From positions 1 through 54,339 of the forward strand of contig CALKOM010000052.1 of assembly GCA_938091905.1 (NCBI GenBank): DNA of 54,339 bases, written 5' to 3'. Position 1 is the first letter of the stretch. Each line of letters starts with the position of its first letter. The notes beneath the pieces were generated by a model. That model did not search any database. It was not told the DNA's origin and saw only the letters and a list, made by a program, of their open reading frames with translations. The DNA comes from an uncultured Verrucomicrobiales bacterium (GTDB lineage: Bacteria; Verrucomicrobiota; Verrucomicrobiia; Verrucomicrobiales; DEV007). Shown piece after piece: positions 1 to 10,198 of this stretch. Position numbers and translations under genes: made by a program.

Positions 1-1
1 T

Positions 2-466
2 CAGCGCATGGGTGGCCCCTCTGCGCGACAGTTTTACACGAGTCCAGGCGTTCACGTGACGCCAGTGGTGAAATACAAGGAATTTGATCCAGACCATCCT
101 GCGAACTTCCGCCGTGGGGTCTATCGCTTTGTCTTTCGCACGGTTCCTGACCCGTTGATGCAGGCCTTAGACTGTCCAGATGCCTCCCAACTGGCTGCCA
201 AGAGAGAAAGCTCATCGACGCCGCTGCAGGCCTTGGCTCTGCTAAACAACCGTTTCATGGTAAGGCAATCAGAACACATTGCCGCAAGGCTTCAACTCGA
301 CGCTGATGGCGTGGGCGAGAGAATCGTGCTCCTGTTCAAGCGGGCCTATGGACGTTCGCCGAGTCCAAGAGAAGCCGAACGCGTGATTGGCTATGCCCGA
401 ACTCACGGTCTCGCCAATGCTTGTCGGGTCATCATCAACAGCAGTGAGTTTCTCTTCGTCCAATGA
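2..466 (+). CDS. C-terminal part of a DUF1553 (PSD1/planctomycete cytochrome-type) protein, truncated by the window edge
   Basis: Frame is open to the left edge. Motifs RRGVYRFVFR, LDCPD, TPLQALALLNN, LFKRAYGRSP, NSSEFLF. Its stop overlaps the DUF1501 start (ATGA), the usual PVC gene pair. Confidence 0.85.
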   Translation, partial: QRMGGPSARQFYTSPGVHVTPVVKYKEFDPDHPANFRRGVYRFVFRTVPDPLMQALDCPDASQLAAKRESSSTPLQALALLNNRFMVRQSEHIAARLQLDADGVGERIVLLFKRAYGRSPSPREAERVIGYARTHGLANACRVIINSSEFLFVQ

Positions 467-1875
467 CTTTTCCCATCGATAGGCGCCGATTCTTACACCA
501 TACTGGAGGTGGCTTTGGTGGGCTTGCCTTGGCGCATCTGTTGAGCTCGGATACAAATGCGAGCCTTTTAGGTGGGCGATTGCCTCACACGCCGAAAGCC
601 AAGCGTGTGATTCAATTGTTTATGAACGGCGGTGTCAGCCAGATGGACACCTTTGATCCCAAACCAAGGCTAACGGAACTTCACGGGCAAGCTTTCGATC
701 CCGGGGCTGGACAGCTCGTCGAATCGGTGACCAACTCGCCAGGCTTCAAGGTGCTGCAAAGCCCATTCGCGTTTCAGCGCCATGGACAGTCCGGGCGCTG
801 GGTGAGCAGTGTGTTCCCCCACATGGCGGGCGTTGTCGATGAACTCGCCTTTCTCATGTCCATGGTTTCCAAGACCAACGTCCACGGTCTTGGAAGTTAC
901 ATGCAGAATACGGGGTTCACGCTTCCCGGCTTTCCTTGCATGGGTTCTTGGATCAGTTATGCGCTTGGCAAGGTTAATGAGAATTTGCCAGAGTTTGTCG
1001 TTTTGCCAGATCCAAATGGCTTGCCTTACAACAACCTGGGCAATTTCACCTCTGGCTTTCTCCCCGCCAAGCATCAGGGAACCGTGATCAACGCGACGAG
1101 CGATTCCCCAATTCACTATCTCTTTCCTCCAGGCGAAGCCAAGCAGATCACCCCTCAGGCCGAGCAAGCGGGTCGGGAACTCTTACAATCACTCAACGGA
1201 AATTACGCGGAATTGCATCCGTACGATACTCAACTGGAAGCGCGCCTGGAGTCCTACGAACTGGCTGCCAGGATGCAACTCAGCGCTCCTGAAGTCTTTG
1301 ACCTCTCGAAAGAAAGCAAAGCTACGAGCGAACTCTATGGCCTGGGTGAGGAGAAGACAGACGACTTTGCCAGGCGCTGCCTGGTGGGAAGGCGCATGAT
1401 CGAGCGAGGCGTTCGCTTCGTGCAGATCTGGAGTGGCGCAGGTGGCCCGACGAAGAACTGGGACAACCACTCAAACATCCACACCGAGTTGCCTTACATG
1501 GCGTCGCAGGTTGATCAGCCCATTGCAGGGTTGATCAAAGACCTAAAAGGACGCGGACTGTTGGACGACACCCTCGTCGTTTGGACAACAGAGTTCGGCC
1601 GCATGCCTTTCAGTCAGGGGCAATCGGGACGCGATCACAACGGGGGCACTTTCGTTTCCTGGCTTGCCGGAGCTGGAATCAAACCGGGCAGTACTTATGG
1701 GCAAAGCGACGAGTGGGGATGGAAGGCCCGTCGCCCCACCTATTGCTACGATCTCCATGCAACGATCTTGCACCTGTTAGGAATTGATCATGAACGGCTC
1801 ACAGTCCGTCACCACGGCATTGATCGACGACTAACGGACGTTCATGGGCACGTGATTGACGACATTCTATCGTAA
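463..1875 (+). CDS. DUF1501 domain protein (sulfatase-like fold) with Tat-type signal
   Basis: DRRRFL leader; KAKRVIQLFMNGGVSQMDTFDPKP, ERGVRFVQ, WDNH, TEFGRMP, GRDHN, DLHATILHLLGIDH. Confidence 0.92.
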   Translation: MTFPIDRRRFLHHTGGGFGGLALAHLLSSDTNASLLGGRLPHTPKAKRVIQLFMNGGVSQMDTFDPKPRLTELHGQAFDPGAGQLVESVTNSPGFKVLQSPFAFQRHGQSGRWVSSVFPHMAGVVDELAFLMSMVSKTNVHGLGSYMQNTGFTLPGFPCMGSWISYALGKVNENLPEFVVLPDPNGLPYNNLGNFTSGFLPAKHQGTVINATSDSPIHYLFPPGEAKQITPQAEQAGRELLQSLNGNYAELHPYDTQLEARLESYELAARMQLSAPEVFDLSKESKATSELYGLGEEKTDDFARRCLVGRRMIERGVRFVQIWSGAGGPTKNWDNHSNIHTELPYMASQVDQPIAGLIKDLKGRGLLDDTLVVWTTEFGRMPFSQGQSGRDHNGGTFVSWLAGAGIKPGSTYGQSDEWGWKARRPTYCYDLHATILHLLGIDHERLTVRHHGIDRRLTDVHGHVIDDILS

Positions 1876-1876
1876 T

Positions 1877-4516
1877 TCAATGATGATGATCTTGCGCTGA
1901 CGTGGCGTCGTCGTGCTCCTTCTTCTCGGTGGTTTCGATTACCTGTCCAAAGAACAAGGCATTTAAATAGAGCTTGTTTGTCCCGTACCAGAACGCGCGG
2001 AAGTTGGGATTATCGACGAAGCCAATCACGGCGCCTTTGCCTAACTTATCGGCAACGATGCCGGCGCTATTCTTGAAACGCTCAAGGTTGTCCGCGTGGA
2101 CATAGCCGCTGATTAGCGGCTCGTAAGTGTAGCGCAGCGGTGTGGCGTAGGCGTTTTTGCTAGGATGCATGCAGAGGTTGCTGTTGCGGAAGACGGCGAT
2201 CTCTGGGCTGTCGTAGCCGTAGCCTAACGGATGGGTAAGATCGAGAGAAGCACGGAAGATTGCGCCCGAAGTTCGTTTGGAATCTTCGTCGTCATGATAG
2301 TCTGCATAGGCGCGTGGCTCGACGGGCGTTTCTTCCTTCTTGTCGTCGTCTTTGTGTTCATGGTCGTGATCATCCGTTTGCGCTTTGATGTCGCCGAAAC
2401 GCACCTTGAGAAGACCTTTCTCAGCAGCCCAGCGAGCGGCACGTTTCTGTGTGATAAGGATGCCTCCGCGTTGGACCCAAGTCTTGAGCTTGGAGATACC
2501 ATCTTCGGTGAGACTGTTGTAGTTGCCGTCGACCAAGAGGAGGTGGCTGTAGCGGTGAAGATCAATTTTGTTCAACTGTGCGGTTTCGATGAGTGGTAGC
2601 GTGATTCCCATTCGGTGATCGAGTAGGTGCCAAGCTTCACCGGCTTCGTAATGGCTCACGCCGTTGCCTACTATTAATGCTGGGGTCACCGGGTTGAGTA
2701 CACGGATGCGGGCGCTTCCGAGATCAACGCCCTCGTTGGTGAGGCCGGTAGTGACGGTGTGGACCTTTTGATTTGTGTTGTGGGTAATCCTGGCGATCGA
2801 TCTAGCGACCTCGCGTGTGCCGAGTTTCTGTCGTGCCGCTGGGATGAGGAGGGTCCCTCGAGGGAAATCTTTGATTCCTTCTGTAGTGGTCACATGGAGT
2901 GGAACAGTCGCCACAGCGACGCGAATGGCTGCTTGTTGTAATTGATAGAGTGCCTTGGGGGACAGGTAGTTGCTCCACTCGATGGCGTAGGCATAGGATT
3001 CCTTGAGCTTGAGACGGTTGCCAGGTCTGGGTTTCGTATAGACCTTGCCTAACCAGTCTTCAGACGAGTTCGCCACCTCGTCGAACGGAATGCCGAAGGC
3101 CAAGGGCAACGTCCAGGTGGACACGTCATAGAAGATATTGTCGGTGAATGAAGTGCGGGTTTCAAACAGAGCCTTAATCAGACGATACTGCGGTTGTGCT
3201 AGCGGTACGACATAGCTGGTGCCGGGCCGAAACGATTTCAAGGGAGACGCGAGCGTGTAGACCTTGATCTGGTGGCGCTGCAGCACCGTAAGCATTTCGG
3301 ATAACCGGATTGGGTCATTGGTCTCCCCGAAAACATAGCCTTGAAACGCTTCGGCCTTGGCCAGAGCGAGGCCGTCGCGATAGAAGCGTTGCTGATAATC
3401 TAACAGTGTCTCGCGTTTTACCACAGCGGCTTCGAGCGTGGAAAGGGACGTGCGGACATGATTCCGAATGGTGAAGCCGAAGTCGAACTCGCCATGCGGA
3501 GATTCGCGAAGATGCCCTCTGCTACTTGCTTGCTCAAAGAGGATACCGACGGCCCCATGAATGTCTGGATAGGTGGAACCTTTACCGTAGTAGAAATCGT
3601 CAAAGCGTTCTTCGCTAAAATAGAGCGAATCGATGCGATCTAGAGCTGCAGCGTGCCCTTCGGCGAAAGACTCGGTGAGCCTAACGTTCTCGTTTGGCGT
3701 GAGTGGATGCTTCCTCTCTGGAACGCCGGGTTGGAAGAAGTAAGTGGTTTCCGAGCCCATCTCGTGAAAGTCGGTTTGAACATTCGGGCGCCAGGCGTGA
3801 TACTTGACAAGGCGCGCATGTGATTCGGGATGCTGCGCCAGGAGCCAGTCCCGATTGAGATCGAACCAATAGTGGTTGGTGCGACCGCCGGGCCAGACGG
3901 CATTGTGTTCGCGGTGCTCCTCGTGAGGAACACGTTGCTGGCCACGATGACTGTTCGCCCATTGGGCAAAGCGTGAGAAGCCATCAGGATTGAGACAGGG
4001 ATCGATGAGAATGATAGCATGGTCTAACATCGTGTTGATAGCGCTGCTCTTTCCCGCTGCCAGGTGATAGGCGAGTAACGGCACCGCATTGGATCCGCTC
4101 GACTCGTCGCCATGCACACTGTAGCCCATGTTGACAACCACAGGCCAACTCGCGTCTGGCTTGGCGTCGCTCTCGGGATCACCCAACTGAAGATGCTGTT
4201 TCTGAATCTCGTCAAGTCGCTCGTGATTGTTCGGCGAGGTCACCGTGACCATGACCAAGGGACGGTGCTCATGCGTTCTGCCCGTTTCCTCAAATGTGAG
4301 TCGCGGACTTTCGTCACTGAGGCGTTTGAGATAGGCGACTAATTGATCGTGCCGCAGATGCCACTCTCCAACTTCGTAGCCAAGAAACTCACGCGGCGTC
4401 GTGATCGACTCGTCATACGAGGTGCCCCTTGGGAGGAAATAGTCGATACTACGTGCCTCCGCCGAAGCTGACGAGAACGAGACGAGCAGGGCACCAAGAA
4501 TGATGAGGGAGCGCAT
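1877..4516 (-). CDS. Secreted M14-family zinc carboxypeptidase
   Basis: Signal peptide; HGDE zinc motif, NPDG, RTNHYWFDLNRD, DFHEMG; C-terminal DNPNFRAFW region. Confidence 0.9.
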   Translation of the reverse strand: MRSLIILGALLVSFSSASAEARSIDYFLPRGTSYDESITTPREFLGYEVGEWHLRHDQLVAYLKRLSDESPRLTFEETGRTHEHRPLVMVTVTSPNNHERLDEIQKQHLQLGDPESDAKPDASWPVVVNMGYSVHGDESSGSNAVPLLAYHLAAGKSSAINTMLDHAIILIDPCLNPDGFSRFAQWANSHRGQQRVPHEEHREHNAVWPGGRTNHYWFDLNRDWLLAQHPESHARLVKYHAWRPNVQTDFHEMGSETTYFFQPGVPERKHPLTPNENVRLTESFAEGHAAALDRIDSLYFSEERFDDFYYGKGSTYPDIHGAVGILFEQASSRGHLRESPHGEFDFGFTIRNHVRTSLSTLEAAVVKRETLLDYQQRFYRDGLALAKAEAFQGYVFGETNDPIRLSEMLTVLQRHQIKVYTLASPLKSFRPGTSYVVPLAQPQYRLIKALFETRTSFTDNIFYDVSTWTLPLAFGIPFDEVANSSEDWLGKVYTKPRPGNRLKLKESYAYAIEWSNYLSPKALYQLQQAAIRVAVATVPLHVTTTEGIKDFPRGTLLIPAARQKLGTREVARSIARITHNTNQKVHTVTTGLTNEGVDLGSARIRVLNPVTPALIVGNGVSHYEAGEAWHLLDHRMGITLPLIETAQLNKIDLHRYSHLLLVDGNYNSLTEDGISKLKTWVQRGGILITQKRAARWAAEKGLLKVRFGDIKAQTDDHDHEHKDDDKKEETPVEPRAYADYHDDEDSKRTSGAIFRASLDLTHPLGYGYDSPEIAVFRNSNLCMHPSKNAYATPLRYTYEPLISGYVHADNLERFKNSAGIVADKLGKGAVIGFVDNPNFRAFWYGTNKLYLNALFFGQVIETTEKKEHDDATSAQDHHH

Positions 4517-4918
4517 TGGGCATTGTAGCGCACATTCACGAAATTGCCGCTGCGATGGCAGGGATTGCTAGAGAGGATCGATTTCGTTGCCCGCAACCTT
4601 TGTCGAGGTTGAGCTGGACGCGATCAGCGTTGTCCGTCGAATACCGCCATGGGAGACCCTGCACGATAAGCGAAGGTTCATGATTTTGCTCTGCCAAAAG
4701 TGCGGTTCCTTTTGGTAAGGTATGAGCGGTGGTTTGCATTCACGGTCTCTGGCGCTGCCAATTCCACTACAGGAGGTTTGCTCTAGCTTGAGGGTGAGAA
4801 ACGAATCTGCCAAGAGAGCCTGACAGTGTCATTGAGACGTTTTGGTGTGGAGGCTTGGAGAGCGAGAGTTCAGGCGAATCGGTCTTTACGCCTAGGCCGT
4901 TGGGTCTAGGGTAGGGCC

Positions 4919-5839
4919 ATGAAAACCACCCCTATAACTTCGGCTGACTTGGCTCGGTCTGTGATTGCGGTGCCACCTCTTTGTCGGGACGAGAAGCTCG
5001 AGCTTGCGGATGCGGAGAATGTCAGGTTGATACGACATCTGGAGGGTGGAGGTGTGCGAATTCTTCTCTACGGAGGCAATGCCAATCTTTATAACATCGC
5101 GGTTTCGGAGTATCCGGCATTGCTAGATTTTTTGGCGACGAATGCAGGCGAAGACACCTTGATTATTCCTTCCGTCGGTCCGTTCTATGGCAACATAGTG
5201 GATCAGGCTGCGATTCTGAGAGAACGCGAGTTTCCGGCGGCGATGCTGTTACCGACCACGTTTCCGGCGACTCCGAGTGGCGTTGCCACGGCGGTGCGCC
5301 ACTTCGTCGAGAAGTCGAACACCCGAGCCGTGGTCTACATTAAAGACGAGAGCTACATCACTCCAGACGAGGTGAAGGCTTTGGTGGACGATCAGCTAGT
5401 CGCTTGGATCAAGTATGCGGTGGTTCGAGAAGATCCGTTGCAAGATTCCTACCTTGACGAGTTGATTGATAAAGTTGACTCTAACAAGATAGTCAGCGGA
5501 ATAGGGGAGCAACCTGCCATTGTGCATCTCGATCACTTTAAAGTCATCGGTTTTACCTCGGGGTGTGTCTGTGTGGCGCCGAGACGCTCCATGATGATGT
5601 TAGAAGCTCTCAAGGCCAACGATCTTGATCTGGCTGAATCGTTGCGTAAGGGATTCGAGTCATTGGAGGATCTTCGGAATGGGCATGGGCCTATTCCCGT
5701 CTTGCATCATGCAGTGGAGCTAGCAGGGATTGCCCGGACGGGCCCTCATTTGCCACTCCTAAGTGGTCTTGATGAAGGCTTGTTAGCAACTATTTCAGAA
5801 AGTGCCAAGACCTTGCTCGACTGGAATACGATGGCCTAG
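4919..5839 (+). CDS. Dihydrodipicolinate synthase (DapA-like) family aldolase/dehydratase, probably not true DapA
   Basis: About 306 aa; Schiff-base Lys context VYIK...WIKYAV and GFTSG; has LYGGNAN where DapA has GTTGE. Confidence 0.75.
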   Translation: MKTTPITSADLARSVIAVPPLCRDEKLELADAENVRLIRHLEGGGVRILLYGGNANLYNIAVSEYPALLDFLATNAGEDTLIIPSVGPFYGNIVDQAAILREREFPAAMLLPTTFPATPSGVATAVRHFVEKSNTRAVVYIKDESYITPDEVKALVDDQLVAWIKYAVVREDPLQDSYLDELIDKVDSNKIVSGIGEQPAIVHLDHFKVIGFTSGCVCVAPRRSMMMLEALKANDLDLAESLRKGFESLEDLRNGHGPIPVLHHAVELAGIARTGPHLPLLSGLDEGLLATISESAKTLLDWNTMA

Positions 5840-5841
5840 CG

Positions 5842-7326
5842 ATGAATACCCGCCTTGTAGCTCATAGCCTAGGGATTCTGCTCTTGCTCGTGGCTGCGGC
5901 CATGACGGCGTGTTTTCTCGGCGGTTACTTGCTACCGGCTGGGGATGGACATAGCGCTGAGACTGCAGTGGGTGGCTGGGGGCTGGCGATTGGCCTGACC
6001 GTGTTGGCAGGCGGCGGATTGTTTACCTTTGGTCGGCGAGCGCGGGCGGACTCGATCCTTCGCAAAGACGCCATAGGAATTGTCGGACTGGCCTGGTTCG
6101 TTTGTGGAACTTTTGCGGCCTTGCCTTACGTTCTGTGTGAGCCGCATTTACCAATATCCGAGGCGTTTTTTGAGGGTGTATCTGGACTCACGACGACGGG
6201 TGCCACGGTGATCAATCAACTATCGGAATTGCCAAAAACCATTCTGCTGTGGCGATCGCTCACTCAGTGGTTAGGGGGGATGGGTATCCTGGCGATGTTC
6301 GTCCTCGTTCTTTCGAGTCTTGGAGCTAGTGGGATGACCATCTTTCGCGCCGAGACTTCCGCCCACGGCCAGGATCTTTCGGGGGCGACACTACGCCAGA
6401 TGGCCCGTTGGTTGTGGCTGTTTTATATCACACTGACGTTGATCTGTTTTCTTGGCATGTGGTCGCTAGGCATGACGCCATTTCAGGCGATCAATCATGC
6501 GATGACGACGGTGGCGACAGGTGGGTTCAGCACGGAGGAGACGAGTTTCAACGGATTTGGAAATGGGCTCAAACTCTGGACGATTCTTTTCATGTTTCTT
6601 TGTGGTATCAGCCTGCCACTTTACATTGCACTGCTCCGCAAACGTAGCTGGCAACCGTTGAAAAAGAATGAAGAGGCTAAGGTGTATGCGAGTTTATTGT
6701 CGGTCTTCTGTGTAATTGCGATTAGCAAGCGACTCTACTCGGAGGACTTTGCCTCGCCTTGGCTGGATGAGGCCATTAATACGGTATTTAATGTGGTCTC
6801 GATCATGACGAGTACAGGCTATGCTTCAAGTGACTACAATCTGTGGCCGCCAGCAGCAAAGGGTCTTCTACTGTTCGCCATGGTCATCGGTGGGTGCGCT
6901 GGCTCGACGTCCGGTGGCTTGAAAGTGAGCCGCATTCTTCTCTTTGTGCGTATGCTTCGAATCGAGGTGAGTCGAGTTTACCGACCGAATCAAGTGGTTG
7001 TGCTGAAACTCAACGGGCATCCCGTTCCTGATGGATCGCGGGGCCAGACCTTCGTCATTCTCACGGCCGGCGCTGCGATCATGGCGTTCTCTGGCTACTT
7101 TATGCTAGCATTTGAGCCTGGTCACAGTGCTGATGGTTGTCTTTCGGCAGTGATTTCGTGTCTGACTAATGTCGGACCGGCGTTCAAAGAGTTTGGGCCG
7201 ATGGAGAATTTTTCCGAACTGACTCCATTCAGTAAAGTCCTCCTACCGTTGCTGATGATAGTAGGTAGGCTTGAGTATCTTGCGGTTTTAGCTTTGTTCT
7301 CGAAGGGGTTGTGGCGGCATTACTAG
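5842..7326 (+). CDS. trkH: TrkH-family potassium uptake membrane protein
   Basis: FFEGVSGLTTTGAT, WRSLTQWLGGMGI, TVATGGFS, GGCAGSTSGGLK, NVGP, GRLE. Confidence 0.93.
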   Translation: MNTRLVAHSLGILLLLVAAAMTACFLGGYLLPAGDGHSAETAVGGWGLAIGLTVLAGGGLFTFGRRARADSILRKDAIGIVGLAWFVCGTFAALPYVLCEPHLPISEAFFEGVSGLTTTGATVINQLSELPKTILLWRSLTQWLGGMGILAMFVLVLSSLGASGMTIFRAETSAHGQDLSGATLRQMARWLWLFYITLTLICFLGMWSLGMTPFQAINHAMTTVATGGFSTEETSFNGFGNGLKLWTILFMFLCGISLPLYIALLRKRSWQPLKKNEEAKVYASLLSVFCVIAISKRLYSEDFASPWLDEAINTVFNVVSIMTSTGYASSDYNLWPPAAKGLLLFAMVIGGCAGSTSGGLKVSRILLFVRMLRIEVSRVYRPNQVVVLKLNGHPVPDGSRGQTFVILTAGAAIMAFSGYFMLAFEPGHSADGCLSAVISCLTNVGPAFKEFGPMENFSELTPFSKVLLPLLMIVGRLEYLAVLALFSKGLWRHY

Positions 7327-7332
7327 GCAGAC

Positions 7333-8295
7333 ATGGCTGATAAGACTAACGTTGTCCTGGGAAAGCTGTCTTGGGTTGGCAAACGCTTGGATACTGTTCT
7401 GGCGGAAGCTCTTCCTGATCTTTCTCGATCTCGATTGCAAACACTGATCAAGCAGGGCCACGTGGAGATTGATGGTCAAAAGGTCAAGGCGCGGCAGCCA
7501 GCCGTGTTGGATCAGGTTGTCGAAGTCACGATTCCAGCAGCCGAGCCATCAGAGGCACTGCCTGAAGCGATGGCTCTGAATATCCTCTATGAAGATGCGC
7601 AGCTGTTAGTGCTCGACAAGCCAAGTGGTCTAGTGGTTCATCCAGGTGCGGGCCATCAGTCAGGTACCTTAGTCAATGGGCTTCTCGCTCATTGCGGTGC
7701 TCTTTCAGCGATTGGTGGCATTGAGAGGCCAGGGATTGTCCACCGGTTGGATAAGGACACGAGTGGTTGTATGGTTGTGGCAAAGAACGATCAGGCTCAT
7801 CAACATCTCAGTGCGCAGTTTGCTGATCGCAAGGTAGAGAAGCACTATCTGGCAGTAGCCCAAGGACGTCTCGCCAAGGCGAATGGAAGGATAGAGAATC
7901 ACCTTGGTCGTCATCCTGTGAATCGCCAGAAGATGGCGGTGGTCGATGAGAAACGTGGTAAGCCCGCTTGTACGGATTATCATTGCGGTCCATCGCTGGA
8001 AGGCGGGACGCTGGTTCACTGTCATTTACACACAGGTCGGACCCATCAGATTAGGGTGCACTTGCATAGCTTGGGTCATCCCTTGCTGGGCGATGTGATT
8101 TATGGAAAGAGCCCAAAGGGCGGTTTGGTGATTGACCGCTTGCTGCTGCATTCGTGGATTCTTGGCTTTCGCCATCCTGTCAGTGGCAAGGTGCTGGTCT
8201 GGAAAACGGAGATTCCTGAGGCCTTCTTACCTTGGCTCACCGATCAATCCTGGATTGACCTTCGCGCTGCCAATGTTGGGGAGCCGGGCAAGTGA
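7333..8295 (+). CDS. rluD: RluA/RluD-family 23S rRNA pseudouridine synthase with S4 domain
   Basis: RLD...SRSRLQ S4 domain; KPSGLVVHP, RPGIVHRLDKDTSG (catalytic Asp), TGRTHQIRVH, LGDVIYG. Confidence 0.9.
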   Translation: MADKTNVVLGKLSWVGKRLDTVLAEALPDLSRSRLQTLIKQGHVEIDGQKVKARQPAVLDQVVEVTIPAAEPSEALPEAMALNILYEDAQLLVLDKPSGLVVHPGAGHQSGTLVNGLLAHCGALSAIGGIERPGIVHRLDKDTSGCMVVAKNDQAHQHLSAQFADRKVEKHYLAVAQGRLAKANGRIENHLGRHPVNRQKMAVVDEKRGKPACTDYHCGPSLEGGTLVHCHLHTGRTHQIRVHLHSLGHPLLGDVIYGKSPKGGLVIDRLLLHSWILGFRHPVSGKVLVWKTEIPEAFLPWLTDQSWIDLRAANVGEPGK

Positions 8296-8330
8296 TTTGA
8301 ATATTTGATGCTTAAACGTATCCTAAAGCC

Positions 8331-8975
8331 ATGAGATTTGCTGTCTTTCTTACGGGCTGCCTCCTGAGCTTGAGTTCGGTAGCTCTGGCTGGGCCTGTGA
8401 TACTGGACTATCAGGCCTATGGCCAAAGCCTAGGTGGTTGGGATGGCAAGAAGGAGAAGGTGGCGGAGTATGAAATGGCCGCGAATCGCTACCGATCGCA
8501 TCGCCCTGATGTTTCGCCTACGCCGGAGGGCGGCCTCTTCATCTCAGTGCGTATCGATCATCTTCGAGGCTTCTTCGCCTCTGATGACTACGCGAGCCTA
8601 GAAATGACAATCGATGCCAAAGGACGCCTCCTTGCGACGAAGAGCAGCATCAGCATTCAGGGCAAACGGGTGACAAGTGATCTTATTGCAGGTGGGATTC
8701 GCGGTGCGGGACAAGCGTCAACCACCGTGTCACCTGCGGAGACGGTGGTGTCTCTTGGCACAGATCTTGTCGCCAATCTGACGGAGAAACTTTCGCGGGA
8801 AACGAAGGTTGAACCGGGCCGCGTGACCTTCCCAGCGGTTGTTCGGCACAATTTGAATCTTGTCTATCAAGCGATCCATTGTCTCCCGGATCCGACGCCT
8901 GAGCCAGCTCTTGAAGAAGAGACTAAGGTCGAAGAGAAGGAGCTAGAAACGGCCGAGGCTTCTGAAGACAAATGA
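8331..8975 (+). CDS. Secreted hypothetical protein
   Basis: Signal peptide (MRFAVFLTGCLLSLSSVALA), acidic tail; TTGAAT-16-TATCCT promoter-like sequence upstream. Confidence 0.7.
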   Translation: MRFAVFLTGCLLSLSSVALAGPVILDYQAYGQSLGGWDGKKEKVAEYEMAANRYRSHRPDVSPTPEGGLFISVRIDHLRGFFASDDYASLEMTIDAKGRLLATKSSISIQGKRVTSDLIAGGIRGAGQASTTVSPAETVVSLGTDLVANLTEKLSRETKVEPGRVTFPAVVRHNLNLVYQAIHCLPDPTPEPALEEETKVEEKELETAEASEDK

Positions 8976-8990
8976 TAGCCGCTCGTCAAG

Positions 8991-9416
8991 CTATGGCCAC
9001 GTGATGCCAGCAAAGAACAGGATTGCATAGATGGCTTTGCAGCCCACATGAAGTCCTTGGTCAACGTAGAAGTTGGTGCAACCCTCGTTCTTTGCCAGGT
9101 CGATGAACCAGTGAAGGACAAACTCAATCACACTTATGACAACGCTGCCCGTCACCACCCAGACACAGGTAGCCTGAATGAAGGAGTGGATGGTGAGGCA
9201 ATACAGCCACATTCCTTTGGGCCACGTGTTGCCTCCAGTAACGGCGCTTAAATCCGCGTGGCGGTCTTTACCCACGGCGAGAAACTCTCCTTGAAGTGGG
9301 AAGTCTGCTAGAGCGTGGCCGAGCAATAATGCCCAGAACAGGACTAGTGCATTTGCCCACAAGGGCCAATCCTGTACTAGGATATCCGCGTGCGCCAAAT
9401 GGAAGAGGGAGGCCAC
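8991..9416 (-). CDS. DUF3307-like membrane protein
   Basis: His-bearing TM helices: GHALADFPLQ, H..I, HWFIDLAK, DQGLH. Confidence 0.8.
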   Translation of the reverse strand: MASLFHLAHADILVQDWPLWANALVLFWALLLGHALADFPLQGEFLAVGKDRHADLSAVTGGNTWPKGMWLYCLTIHSFIQATCVWVVTGSVVISVIEFVLHWFIDLAKNEGCTNFYVDQGLHVGCKAIYAILFFAGITWP

Positions 9417-9441
9417 TGGGGAGCGATTGAGACCCTCTACG

Positions 9442-9918
9442 CTAGAACGAGCCGCGCCCTAGTGTTTTTCGAATGAAGGTGACTTTTTCATTGGTCTCTC
9501 TTAGACGCTGACTCAGCTGGGTAGAAATGTGAATGAGCAACTGGGAGGCCGCTGCCGGGCTGTCTTTGGTGAAGGCATCAAGCATCGCGCGATCCATGCG
9601 CCAAACCTGAGAAAATTCCATACCCATCACGGTGGCGCTGGCCTTCTGGGGATCGAACACGTTGACCTCGCCCACAAGATCGCCTGGGCCGAGGCGGCCT
9701 AACAAGGTGCGACGTCCCTCGTCTTCTGTGGTGACGTGCAAGCGACCCGAGATGATAAAGTAGAGACAGTTCTGGTCCTGGCCTTCTTGAATCAAGACCT
9801 GTTCATCCTGGACAGGCAGAAATTCTCCGTAACCGCTCAGAACAAGGCGATCTTCATCGCTGATATCGGCCACAAACCCGATTGCGGGCAACTCAGGTTG
9901 GTTTAGGTCACTAGACAT
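9442..9918 (-). CDS. Stand-alone cyclic-nucleotide-binding domain protein
   Basis: LIQEGQDQNCLYFIISGRL, LGPGDLVGEV, SATV and a C-helix ending LSQRLRETN; no HTH. Start reassigned to the ATG at 9918. Confidence 0.85.
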   Translation of the reverse strand: MSSDLNQPELPAIGFVADISDEDRLVLSGYGEFLPVQDEQVLIQEGQDQNCLYFIISGRLHVTTEDEGRRTLLGRLGPGDLVGEVNVFDPQKASATVMGMEFSQVWRMDRAMLDAFTKDSPAAASQLLIHISTQLSQRLRETNEKVTFIRKTLGRGSF

Positions 9919-10198
9919 AGGAAAGGGGTGAATGATTGAGTCTTGTAAATAGTTGGGAATTTGGCGAAAAGCCAGCGGTGAGCGAACTCCCCACCGGACG
10001 GGCGTCTTTACCATACAAACCCCGATTGGTCTACTACGGCCACTCCTTCAATCGATCAGAAATGCGAGACGCTCTCCTTCACAGCAGATTTGAGATCCTT
10101 CCATGGCCCCAGGCTTCCGATGGGTGCGGATGTTGCCGAAAGTCCTCGTTGATACTGGGAGATTTTTTAATATATATCTGGCCATTACTATAACCACC

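Noticed and set aside
4517..4918. 400-bp intergenic region with short minus-strand ORFs
   Set aside because: No motif or RNA structure recognised; possibly a gene remnant.
9955..10000. Small hairpins (TGGC-GAAAA-GCCA; CGGTG...CACCG) between the cNMP and cyclase genes, as a possible riboswitch
   Set aside because: Short stems with no match to the c-di-GMP or other riboswitch consensus I know; would need an Rfam scan.
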